Positions 50,269 to 62,591 of a DNA stretch of 64,000 nucleotides are shown in pieces. Numbering within the stretch: the first letter of the stretch is position 1; every line of letters begins with the position of its first letter. The notes under the pieces are model-generated. The model did no database searches. It had not been told where the DNA came from and saw nothing but the letters and a program-made list of their open reading frames with translations. Where the stretch lies: positions 114,762,001-114,826,000 of the forward strand of contig JBITNC010000001.1 of the NCBI GenBank assembly GCA_050084985.1, in the 5' to 3' direction. Made by a program: the position numbers and the translations under genes. Source of the stretch: Nageia nagi. Its lineage: Eukaryota; Plantae; Pinophyta.

Positions 50269-51625
50269 ACTATGTTGGGCTGGAATAACTCATGAGATGG
50301 TTGAGGTCAATCTAGCTCCATGACCATATCATCTAGAGTGACCACATTATGGTTTTGGTTGCATTTTTGTATGCAATGACCTCCAGTGAATATGTTCTTT
50401 GATGTCCTAATTACCTCTCAAAATCTCCTTATAGAATTCTATTATGATACTTTTAAATATGACTTAAAAAAACGTTTGCAAGAAGATGGTAAAATTTGAG
50501 CATGCAAAAGAGATTGTCTAATGTATTCCTGAGATATTCTTTTGATATTTCGATCATGTATGTCGTTTGTGTTCATGTTGAATATCAAATAAGATCTTTT
50601 CTCTTTGCTCTATTTAGACTTGGAGAAATGTAATTTTGAATACACCTAGGCCAACATATACATAAGATAATGTGAAATTACAAGATATTACTTTAGATTA
50701 ATTTCCAAAATAACACCAAGCAGGTTCAAAATTTGAATTTTTCCTAAATCACAAACACTTGAATAGAAGTTATTTTAAAAGGCTAACGTGCAAATTTAAG
50801 TATCTACAATTTGGTACTTTTGAGAATGTGGTTGAGGGAGAGAACTCAAGTATGCATATCCCAAAATAGAAAAGGATTTAGAGTAGGTTGTGCAGTTGCC
50901 CCTGCTATGACTTCAAGATGTTATGCAAATCAAAATGAATTCTCAAAAAAAAATGTAAAACTTCTCATGATATGGCTAAAATCTACTCTTGCCCCAAGGG
51001 TTGAAAAGGGCAAATGAAAGAATGGATGAGCACTTTCTTTCCTAATGAAGTGAGTGGTATTAATTGCCACTTTAGCTTTGAGGTGCTTGTGAAGATTTGT
51101 GTTGAGCAAGAAGCTTGAAACATGATAGATGATAAACTAAGGACATGTTGAAAATTGCATTTACCTTGATGAATTGTTGAGGTGTTGATGATGATAATTT
51201 ATGATTTTTAATAACTAAAAAGATAATCCTAAAAATGATGATATAATGATGGATAATCTAAGTTGCCCCTTATGTTGAGCAATTGAAGATCGTGTTTCGA
51301 CTAATAATCCCATAAGTATGAAAACAAAATGTGCTCTCCAACAATAAATGTTAAATTTACATTATTAGTACAATCTAAAAATGAACATGCATGAGATGAA
51401 TTGATAAACATGTTTTGCTAAGATTTGGCATATCAAGGTGAACTGGCTTCAAAAACGAATCTGAAGTCAAAACCTTAGTTCAAAGCATAGTCGCAAAACT
51501 TGCCCTAAGTGTCGAGTACTCAGCTAGTTCGAGTCCTAGGTGGGGTTTCCCGTGCTAAGTCAACTCTGATTCGTTTTTTTTATACACTTAGGCAAGTCTT
51601 GTCAAGTCCAAGTTTGGGGCCAAGT

Positions 51626-52720
51626 TGTAATGAGCTTAGCTAGGGCTCACTATTAAACATTCAGAACATGACTAACCCAATCATACAAAATTATCTCAAT
51701 GCTCCAAAGAATGCAACAAACCATGCCAAGCAAGAAATGAATACCAAAACTTCCAAATGTGTCCCTAGGAGAGGGACGTCTCACTCCTAATCCAAGATCT
51801 CATTTATGTGAGGACGAAATATCATTCCAAACGCAATGCCTCATCACCCCATGCAAGAATAAATATTTATTTGTGCAAAATCACTTTAATTATGCAAAGG
51901 AAATCCAACGTCCAAGTGTGGAAGGCTAGATCTCAAGCTAGGAGCCCAACGTCTCACTTATGATGCTAAAATCATGTCATTCAACCCACAATAATGCAAT
52001 GTCCACATACAATGGCCAAATCACATCACAAATAGCTCAAAAAGTGCCACGTCTAGCTAATAGAGACAAGATCTCATGCAATAACAAGTAAATATCCAAC
52101 ATAGCAATTATGGAAGCCAAATCTCATGTAAATAGACCAATCATGCACTTAATATCCCACATCCCAGCATAGAGAGATAATCACCACAAGATAACATGCA
52201 AATATCAAAGCGATGGTCAAATGTAATTATATTTGATAACAAGAAATGCATTAACGTCATTTACAAATGACTTTCCAAGTGATGATGGTGATGCTTGGAA
52301 ATGAATTGATGCAATAGGGTTCAAATCCATAGAAGTGTCAAGGCTTGCACCAAGGCTTCCTCCTCCTTAACTATGGTGGAGACTTAGAGTCCCACTAGAA
52401 GTGTTCTTCTAATCCAAGGGGAATGCCAACACGCCCTAAATAGCTATCTGTAATCCTTGAGGTTTGCTAACCCTAGAGAAAGCACTGCATAAGACCTGAA
52501 GTTGTGTCGGACTTCAACCACCTCACATCGCCGACATGGATCCAAGAGGGCGCTACCCACATCCAACAAAAGAAGAGGAATTCTAAACCAATATGTCCAA
52601 ATGAGCTCTCATCTCCCTTTTAAAATTACATTGAGTGGTTGACCAACCCAACCTCGACTTGAAATAATAAAACACTCCTAAATTACTTAAATTACTCCTA
52701 AGACTTATTAATTACATCTT
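51626..52720 (-). repeat. Probable LTR fragment or solo LTR
   Basis: TGTAAT...ATTACA termini and LTR-like composition; no TSD, no adjacent PBS or PPT. Confidence 0.4.
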
Positions 52721-52855
52721 ACAATCATGAAGCACCCATAAATGGGGCGTGCCTCTTATTACAAATATTTGGGTATTTATTGATGGCCCACACATTCGAA
52801 TAAACAAAGTTACAATAGCCCATCTCAAGAGAAGGGATATCACATTTAAAATAAA

Positions 52856-53439
52856 CAAAGTTCCATAGTGAGTCAGGAGCAGCGAATAGGGCAGAGCGTA
52901 AGGAGCGTGCAGCAGAAGTCAGGAGCGGTGAAGGGTCATTTTTAGGGAGCGGCTCCGATGCGGCATGCGAAGCGGCTAGTAGAAAATCCCTAACATTTTT
53001 AAATTTTTTCCTATTCATTTTAGCTATCAAATATGAATTTAAATTACAAAACATAATGATAATATCATAATATTAATCAAGTATGAATCTGAAAGGTAAA
53101 AATGAGAAATCAAAACAAGCCATAATGCTATTAAATTGCAAACAAGTTTGAATCAATGTAGTGCATAATGTCATAATATCAAAATGAGTCATAATGTCAT
53201 AGTAGCAAAATGCCAAAGGCCCAAAATAGCAAAACCATAACTATCAAGTATCCAACTATGTTTTTTATTTTAAGTTTTGACCATTTTTTTTAAAAAAATC
53301 ATGTGCAATTTTTTTAGTGCTCTAGGAGCTTCTCAGCCGCTCCGGCGGAGCTCCAAAACGGCACCCCTTACTCCCGAGCCGCTCCGAAAAATCCAGAGCG
53401 TCCGGTAGGAGCTTCGGGTGCCGCTCTAGTGGAACCTCG
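52856..53439. mobile_element. hAT-type MITE, 584 bp
   Basis: 8-bp TSD AAAATAAA (52848-52855 and 53440-53447); imperfect TIR CAAAGTTCCATAG / CGAGGTTCCACTAG; inverted GC-rich ggagcg/cgctcc subterminal motifs. Confidence 0.88.
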
Positions 53440-53499
53440 AAAATAAATAATTTGAAGCAAAAATCTGGATTTTCGTGCAAATGCAATATGAGCAAACTG

Positions 53500-56400
53500 G
53501 CATAGCAGGTGAACATCAAAGTTCTATATCTCACTCGTTTCTAGATGAAACCTAGTCATATGAACCTGTCAAAACGATTGGTATGAGATCCTCTATCCAT
53601 TCCAAGTGATAAATTGGTAATTCTTGGCTTGTTGGAAAAGATATTTCTTCAAATCCGAAATCTAGTAACATTCCAAAATTGGGGACATTACAATACTGCC
53701 CTGCCCAAGATTGCTTGTCCTCAAGCAATGCTAACACAATTGCCAAACTGAAACCAAATATAATGTCCCAATTTGATCTCAAAGATAGTCCATCATGCTT
53801 TTGTTGTGCTACTTTGATCGCAAATTCATCTTTCCATGTTGGTACGCTTGGTGTTTTTTCTCTTTGATAGTCATGCGACCGTAAGTAGAGATTAACTTAA
53901 AAGAGTGTTACTTCTTCTTTACAAATTTGATTCAGCGATGTCCATACCTCCTTGTAGTTTTTCTGAGTTAAATTCGTAAACTCAATGTGCTGTTCTTCGA
54001 TTTGAAATTTTGATCTCTATTTTCAAATTCTGATTCTTCTTTGGGAAAACCCTTCTAAGTTTTTTCATGATTGCAACCCATTCTCGCCAAATAAGCATGT
54101 ATGAAATCTTCCCACTTGTACTGTTGCAGAAGTGTGATTAAACTAGTAGTAGTAGTCTCAACCATGTTGAATGCAGCCAACGAAAGGAATCTGGAATTGA
54201 TGTGATAAGTCTTCCTAGTGAAATCAATCGCAATATGTCTCCTTGTGATTGAAGGAGATTCAAACTGTTTTGATGTGCCTACTACCGACATGCATGGAAG
54301 GAAGTCATACCTCCAATCATCTTGATGCTAGTTGAGGTGCTTTAAAAGTAGTTCCCAAATTGCAAACTGATCAATGGATTGCCCTTCTTGGCTACTATCC
54401 AATTGTCTGTGGCCTTGTGTGCTTGCCCATGCGTCATTCCCTAGCGCTGCCCAAAACCCTTATGATCATCCCAATTGAGTGTAGGCAGGTCTGTAATACT
54501 TTTTATCAGGTCTGATATGTATTTGTTCAGTACAAATTTTGTGCCAACAGCCTTCAAATAAGACGTTCAAAGCTTTTCCTCTTCATCCACAAACAACCTT
54601 CTATCGTTTCCAAGGTGTGTAGTTCTTAGCACCAGTGTGATCATGTGAATTGGTTGATCTTCTTTGTTGTCTCATGCATTTAAAAATAAAGCGTTTCTGT
54701 TATTAATTTCAGCATTACCATCATACCTTAGAAATGTATCCTCTTGAGTGTTTCGTGATCCTATATAGTGCAAATGTTGTTTCCATGATGGGATGTCATC
54801 TCCAATATCTAATTCATAGTTGTCCTCTTCATCACTCTCTTCAACAATAAAGATTTCTTCAATCAAAGAATCAACGAGGAAATTAACAACTTTAGTCTCT
54901 TTCTCATTCACAGTATCCCAAATTGTTTCGTACTTTGTTTCCTCATATTTCATTAATTCTTCTTCCCATGTCATTGAGGATGCAACAACCATACTCCATG
55001 TAGTCAAGAGCGGCTCAAAATGCACGAGACCATCTGGATTCTAGTGGGCAACCAAATATGAAATAACAACTTCTGCAATCTTCTTCCACTGTCCTACCTC
55101 TTCCCTTGACCTCCTTAAATCTGCTTCCATTGTCAAATTTTCTATGCGAATAGCATCTAGGTCCTTGGATGATTTATTTAGTTTCTGCCTGAGATCTTCA
55201 AGCTCCATGCTGGTGACCTTTAGTATTTCTTCCATCGAATGTTCCTTTATATGGACAAACATAATTTGTGCAAGAGCATATGCTGCATTTTCTTCAGCTT
55301 CCTGCACATCCCTTTGCAACATTTTATATTCTTATTTGGTAATTGATGCTTCAGCTGAAATCATGAGCAATGATGGTTTAAATTGTTCAACCTGCTCCAA
55401 AGTGGTAATTCTACTAGCCTTCATATCTTTATTTTCTTGAAGAATGATTTACAACTTATTTTCTTTGTCTAGTAGTACATCTTTGAGCAAAGTAATTTCT
55501 ACCTCTGCACTTTCAGTATCTTCGACTTTACTTGCTTCAGCTTTGCTTTCCTTGAGCAATTAATAATTTGTTAATCTCTTCCCCTTTTTGTTGGATCGTA
55601 GATGCAAACTCTATCCTCAAGAATTCTTCTCTTTGTTGAATCTGCTGTTGTAATGCTGTAGACTTTTCCAATGCTATTCGAACTAGCTCATGTTTCTGTC
55701 TCCACTTACTTATCTCCTCTCTTGCAGATTTAATTTGTTCATAACCTTCCTTCCATTTGGAAGTTTCCTTCCTAGCAACTTCCACAAGCTCACATGTTCT
55801 GGAATACTTTTTTTCTAAAGAGTTATTACGCCTTTGACTAAGCTCTAATTGTTTCTGTGTTGCCTTCAATTTACCCTCAAGCGAGAGGTACTTTGATGGA
55901 TGTTCATTTCTGATGGACTTCAATTCTTCAACCAACTCGAACATTCTGGAGAGTGTAACTTGTTCCGTCTTCCTTGCCTCCATGAGATCTGATTGGGTAT
56001 TTGCAAGCTCATCCTTGGGTGATTCCATATCCTTAGCAAGGGAGACTGATTCACACTTAGCCTTTTCAACATTGGTGTTTGCCTCTTTTGGATGTACTTT
56101 ACGTACTTATTCTCTTCTTGCTTTTGTAGTGACGAAATATGTGTACTCTTTGCTCGATTTAGTAGGATGGTTCTCGCCAAATTTTAGGCATGAGTGTGGC
56201 GGGTAGTCTTTAGTAGATTGGTTTTTCCTTTCAATCCCACAAATGTTTTAAAGTCTACCACCTTATATTGTTCTGATCTTGTGCTATACTCCCTCAATAG
56301 GTCGTCTAATTCTACTGCCCTTTGTTTTTCTTTAGATGAAAAAATCTCATTGATAATTTCATACCCATCTCAACCAACAATTGGCCACACAATTTGATAA

Positions 56401-56671
56401 AACTGTCTATCTTTTCTTACATTTGTCCCTCCATAATTTCAAATTCTTTTTTTGAACATATAACTACTTTATTGACACTACTTATTTCACCTAATTTAAC
56501 TTAGTAGTCAAATTAAATTAACTCCTATAAGCCTAAAATATTGCACCTCAAAACTCTCGAAATGGGCCAAGATGATGATGTCACCCTTTCAAGAGTGCGA
56601 CATCCTTCTTTTGTTGTAGTGGGTTCCGACATTTGTCCTCTTGAGTGCTATGAACCTATTTTGATGTTTAA
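53500..56671 (-). mobile_element. Gypsy-derived element D: truncated 3' LTR starting at 53692, PPT region 53693-53725, internal coiled-coil ORF; interrupted by element C
   Basis: Minus strand reads cttgaggacaagcaatcttgggcagggcagtatTGTAATGTCCCC, the same junction type as A, B and C; gag-leader-like ELDDLLREYSTRSEQYKVVDFKTFVGLKG near 56300. Confidence 0.7.
54672..56390 (-). pseudogene. Long coiled-coil ORF remnant inside element D
   Basis: Tiling minus ORFs 55920-56180, 55537-56028, 55041-55322 and 54672-55025; E/K/L/Q-rich heptads followed by an acidic patch. Confidence 0.65.
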
Positions 56672-57909
56672 TGTAATGTCCTTAATTTGGGAAATCTAGA
56701 CATCATCCCTCATGCCTATTTAGTGTGATCTTTAGTACTTAGATAAGAAGTATTTTATTTGTCAATTTATGTAATATCCCCAATTGTGAGAAACCTTGTA
56801 GAAAGCATAACTTTTGTCACAAGTTTGGGATTGCTGATTTGTCTTTTGGAATGGATGGAGAATCTTCTGCCATCGTTTTGACAGGTTACATGGCATGGTT
56901 TCATTGAGGAACGAGGGGGATATTGCATTTTGAAGTTCGCCAGCCAAGCCAATCTCTAAGAATCACGCACGTCGGAATCAGCCAGCGAAAGTTGACTAGA
57001 AGAAAAATATTTTATTTCAAGATCGGCCAGGATCATAATTATTGGTATTTTCAAGGTAGAATCACCTATATTAGGAAGATTAGAGCATCATTTGAAGACA
57101 TCATCTTGTGCATTCGATCTTGGATCATTCAGAACTTAGGGATGCTTCCCTTGTCTACCTTTTAGGGCTTAAGGCTACTCCCTAGCCTAGAAGTCGCATA
57201 GCTACACTTCCACCACCTACATTTGTCATTCTTACCCTTTGGAAGCTTGCTTTGCACATTTGGAGACTTGTGCCACCCTTGTGGAGCCTTGGAAGACCTT
57301 GCGCATCACTTTGGAGCATTTGGGCATATTGTGCATCCTCTTGGAGACTATATTTGGCATATTTGGAGTCTAGGGACTTTCCCTAAGAACTTGTAATAGG
57401 CTTGTAACAACCCTATACTTATTTTTGGTCATTATTATTATTGATATTCGGCTCTTATATTGCTTTCGAATGTGCATGAATGTTGCTACATATTTTTGCT
57501 ATGCTTCTTTCTTCATTGTGCATGGGAGTGTGTGCAAATTGAGTACTTCTAGAGCTATATATCTGTTATGTTACAGATCTGATTTGTGCCCTAGTTTTGG
57601 TTGAATTCACATGTTATGAGCACTCTATATCTGTTTGGGTTATTGCTGTTACATATCAGTTTGAGTGCATGATTTGGATGATTTATTAGCATGTTGATTG
57701 ATGTCCTAGTTCGAAAATTAAAGTGTAATTGAATACTAAATTGTATAAACCCTAGAAGGGTACAGTACAGTGGTATCAAAGCTCTAAATCCTGCCATCTT
57801 GTGAGGGTTCAGAAAAGATGGAAATTCCTCAAGAAGAGTTGAAGTCTATGGTTGATTTGCTAGCTCAATTAATCAAAGGATCTCAAGTTCAGTAGTCCAT
57901 ACACAAAGG

Positions 57910-58400
57910 ATGATCGCTCACTCATCACCCGTATTCTTGAAAGGGAAAGAAAGAAACAAGAGTCAAGATAATGAGATGGATGACCTTTTTGCACAATACC
58001 AAGCAAAGAGTGATGAATTTAGACAAGCGGTTTCATTTGAAGGATATTTGGAGTTCTTTGGAAAAACGATTGACCAAGGAAGCAAGTACTACAACCAATT
58101 GCAATAGTTCATGTTCAATGGAAGCAACATGTCCATCGAAGCATGGCTACAAAATTTAAGGACTTACTTCACTCTCTGTCCCATGAATAAGGACACAATT
58201 CATTATGCTTCACTGCACCTTGAAGACATTGCACATAAATGGTGGCACAACGACTTCAACACATTGGGGCGTGGAAGCATCTCCAATTTTGAAGACTTTA
58301 GCCAAAAGATCCATGAGCGATTTGAGGAGGAGATTAGAAAGGACAAGCAGCTCATAGCAAAGGGATCACTTGAAGAAAACACCCTATCTCATGAAGTATG
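57910..58400 (+). pseudogene. gag: Gag remnant of element C
   Basis: Homologous to A/B gag (F.G....AWL..L.TYFTL; A.LH.E..A..WW; I..F.EF.....RF). Confidence 0.85.
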
Positions 58401-61073
58401 TATGATGGAATTCCAAGATGATTTCATAAATATGCATACAATTACTATTGACGATATTGAAGAGAAGAGCAAACAATGGCTCTAATAGACAAATCCAATG
58501 ATATTTCTACAATTATTGGATTCACTATTGAAATTGATGACATGGTTGAGATCATTGATACACCTTCAAAGGAAAAAGGAAAGGATGACATCTTGTCGCA
58601 AGAAGATAACTTGGTTCACGAGCTTTGTATGAGAATTATGACAAGAAAAGGAGAAGTCATCTTGCCAAACGAAGAATCATGCCGAGAAGATATCATAAGG
58701 ACAACTAATATTGATCATAAAAGAAAACAAGCACCTAATATTAAAGAAGATGAGGTGACACATGGTCACATGAGCATGAGCACACCGTTTCAACTAAGAT
58801 TCATCAGCCTATAGTTCTACGAGATCCAGGATTTTTGGTACATAAGGAAAGCATGATTTGTTATTCAGATTTGAAGTACATATGGCACCAAAAAGACCCT
58901 CTTATAGGTTGGAACAACACGGAAGACACTTCCAAAAGGTATGACCGAAGTTTTGGTGATTTTAACATTTGTAATTGGAAAGAACAATTGATGATCATCG
59001 CTGATATAGAAGTGCAAGTCTTATTTAAATTTGGGGATGACATGAAGGTTCTTGATAGTATGAACATGATAGAATAGTTGCTTCCCTTCATGCATTTGAA
59101 AGCAAAAGGGACATTACACATGCACTCCCATTAAAAGAACTACCTCACATTGTGCTCAAGATACAACAGGTGTACTCCCTAGAAAAGATATCCACGAATT
59201 ACATCCATAGGCATAACATCACTTTGAAAGACATCATGAAGAATGCATCACAATGTTCCATTATTTCAGTCCAGCCTTACTCAGGGTCAGCCGGGGGCAG
59301 AATTGAGAACATATCTTCAGTCTTGGGGTGTTTGAATGAGAACATTCCCTATTTGAGGTCATCTCTACATTCATTGGGATCATGGATCAGCCAAGACATC
59401 TCTTCCACAAGGAATGACAGGTATGGGACTACAGCAAAATACTCATTCATTCACTTTCCATATGGGCTGCATGTTTTTGGATACTTAGAACACTTAATGA
59501 AACTATATTGGGAAATGACTGTATGAATAAGGATGTAGAACTTGGGAGTTCCCACTCAATATGCACTAAATCAGTCCCAATGTACATAATTCTGTTGCAC
59601 CTACCATCTAGTCCACATTCCATCATTTATATCACTCCTTCGCATGGTACTTCAGTTAGAAAAGACAAGGGATTGTTTGTGGAAGGTTTGGCAAGTTTTG
59701 GGGGTCTTATTTGGCTACTGTTGGCACAAACTCATACCTGTTAAGAGATATATCTGACCTGCTGTACGCATGAACAGCACATTACATCAGGCTTTTCATC
59801 TTGGTACTTGCTATAGAAGAGGCTGCCATATCACATACATTTCCAGTTGTCATGTCAATACTTCCCATGGAACTGTTGATAACATTGGAGGTTGCAATAG
59901 AGACAGTGTTTGCTCCTCAGATGGCCATGCTTTGGATAATCCTTAAAATGGTGAACCCTGCTGCAATTGTTACACTTCAATTGATGTGTTCTACTGTTAC
60001 TCCGACGACACATTTTAATACATGTACTGATGTTATTTTGCTATTAAGACTTGGGATTGATGAAGTCACTTAAGAGATAGTTTATGATTTCCAAAATGCC
60101 CATCCCACTCTTAAGAGGTCTTCAAAGCATTTTAAGGGAGACGTCTCACGTTGGGAGCTCTTTTGGCACACCTTAGAAGCATGGGTTAGCCATGACACCA
60201 CTTACAAAGGGTATAACAGTACCTCTGATTTTTATAACAGCAGATTCACTTTCATTTGTATGGTTGTAGAGATATGGAGTTTTAGTTGGCTGAGAAATGA
60301 AGTCAAATTGTTTACTGGGATGCTCGCCTTGTTTGGTACAATTGAAGCCACTTGTAGAGATGCATCTCATGTTTTATGGGATGAGTTTGACCGCATGAAG
60401 GACACCATAGAGGACATTTTAAATAGCATTTACAGTATCAGCAGTATTAACCTCAGTATCGATAAAGATCAAGGGCAGCCATTGTTAACAAAGATCAATC
60501 CCAACAGCCACGCCACATGGGGAAGCAACACTGCTGATTTTTGCGACAGTCTGGTCTCACCAATCTGGTCTCCACTTAAATTTGGAGGCTAACAAATGAA
60601 GCATACTGCCACTAGTTTTCATAGAATTTGCAGCGGTATTAATGAAGACCAAAGCCACACATTGGGGGCAAAACACAGCCAATTTGTTACTCACAAGAGA
60701 CACTAAGTGCTCCTGATTTTGACAGCAGTATACTGCATTTAGCATCATATCTTTGGGCCACAATGAAGTTTGGATTAAGTGGTTAGAATGTGGTATCAAA
60801 AGCTTGCTTTGTACAAAGACTAGTGAGGAAAAATGGGGGGTAAAGGCATGCTCAAAGAATCAAATCAGTCTTTTTCCCTACACTCACAGCTTGGACAGCA
60901 AGGCATGACGTTTCCAAGAAGGTATGACAGTCCTTCTCATCCTCATAGCAGCAGTGCACTTCTAGCATGTATTCATTTTTGGTTACAAAAAAAGGGGACA
61001 GATTTGTAATGGAGGCACATCTCAGTTTGGAAGAGTTAAATACCTTGTTCCAAAGAATACATGACATGTTTTC

Positions 61074-62591
61074 TGTAATGTCCCTTTTGTAATATATTTA
61101 TTATTGCCTTGTACTTTAAGTTAATACTTGGGATAGAAGACTTAATGGGTCAATGGACCCCACTGCGTGCACCAAGTGGCGTCTCCCTCCTAAGCATAGA
61201 ATAAGTGTTTTAATGTGCTTGGAGATCCCGATCATGATTGTGGGAATCCCAAGGTCAATTTAGCACTTAGATGGATGGATAAGCACTTGTATACATGCAC
61301 CAGCCTTGGGGAGACTCCTAGATCCCCACATTGGCCCATGATGACACCTAGCCCCCATGCATGGCTCCTAGGGCCCACATTGGGCATACGTGGCACTCCA
61401 AATACCCACATTGGTACTTCTGACACTCAGGTCCCCTACATTGGCATAATTGACACCTAGGCACCCACACTGGGCATTATGGGCCCTCCAGGAGGCTAAC
61501 GTTGGATTAGAGGAGCTGAGAATGATTCCTAGGTGAGATCCAGATCTAGCCAAGTGTTATAAAAGGACATTGGAGCCTCATTACTGGATATGCTTGATTA
61601 TTATTACACTTATATCGTCCAGAGGACCAGAAGACTTAGCGGCGCTAAGCAATCCCCTAGGTGCAGCATCTAGGAGGGCTATCAAGTTAAGGGATCCTAT
61701 TAGTCTATGACACTGGTGCAACACCCTTGCCCATCCAGTGGTATTCCGAGGTTGCGCTTCTACCTTTTGTGGTTTCCAAGATCAGAGGAGGGCTCCTTCT
61801 GTGGAGAGGATTCACATTCTGAGGGAGAAAAAACTATCTTGTTTGTCCACCCATTTTGACGATACACATTGTGCCCTAGGTGGCTCCTTAGGGGCCAACG
61901 TACAACTCTAGGAGCTTGGTATCGTATTCCTATTCATCTCATATCCTATATACAGCCTGTGGGCATTCGGATCTCATATCATTCATAGTTGTAAAAATTG
62001 AATCGGAATCAGATAAAATCGGAATTGGCCAAGCAAATGATCCGATTCGAATTGGATCTGATTTTTTTCAAGTAAGTGTTTATCCAATTTTTTTCCATTC
62101 TGATTCCGATTCCAATTTTTTAGACAAAAAAATCGCAATTTTTTCAAAAAAAATCGGCATTGAATCGGCCGATGATTTTTTGCCCTTTTTTGCTGATTTT
62201 ACCTATTTTTTGGCCGATTTTATCCAATTTTTTGAGATTTTTTGAAATTTAGCTAAAATCAAAGAAATTCCTTCATTTTTTCTCATGCCGATTTTTCAAA
62301 AAATTGGAATTCTACAACCAAACGATTCTGATCCGGTTCCGATTTTTCTAACTATGATATCATTTGTGTGTATGCTTGATTATTGCAACATTGTGGTTTG
62401 ATTATCTATTCTTGCATGTGTAAGCCATACGTTGGCATAGTAAGCTTGTAATAATTGTTGTGTATTGATCTTGGCCAGACGTTGGCATATTTGGGTTGTG
62501 AATGCATTGTTTGGATGCCCTAGACTAGACGTTAGGGTTTATTGTGTTGAATTTACTAATTTGCACTTGTGGTTATATTTGGATCATTACA
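61074..62591 (+). mobile_element. Solo LTR of the A/B LTR family inserted in element C
   Basis: TGTAATG...CATTACA termini, perfect TSD TTTTC (61069-61073 and 62592-62596); shares gacttaatgggtcaatggaccccact and other blocks with the A/B LTRs. Confidence 0.95.
61984..62356. mobile_element. hAT-type MITE, 373 bp, inside the solo LTR
   Basis: 8-bp TSD ATATCATT (61976-61983 and 62357-62364); TIR CATAGTT; subterminal aatcgg/ccgatt motifs. Confidence 0.95.

Noticed and set aside
51486-51625. CATAGTCGCAAAA start resembling another hAT MITE
   Set aside because: No matching right TIR or 8-bp TSD found.
56762-57165. ORFs repeated at 63474-63876
   Set aside because: These are the two LTRs of element C; no coding signature.
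61916-62245. 109-aa Phe/Asp-rich ORF (similar cases at 49184-49474 and 52725-53054)
   Set aside because: Read-through of MITE subterminal repeats.
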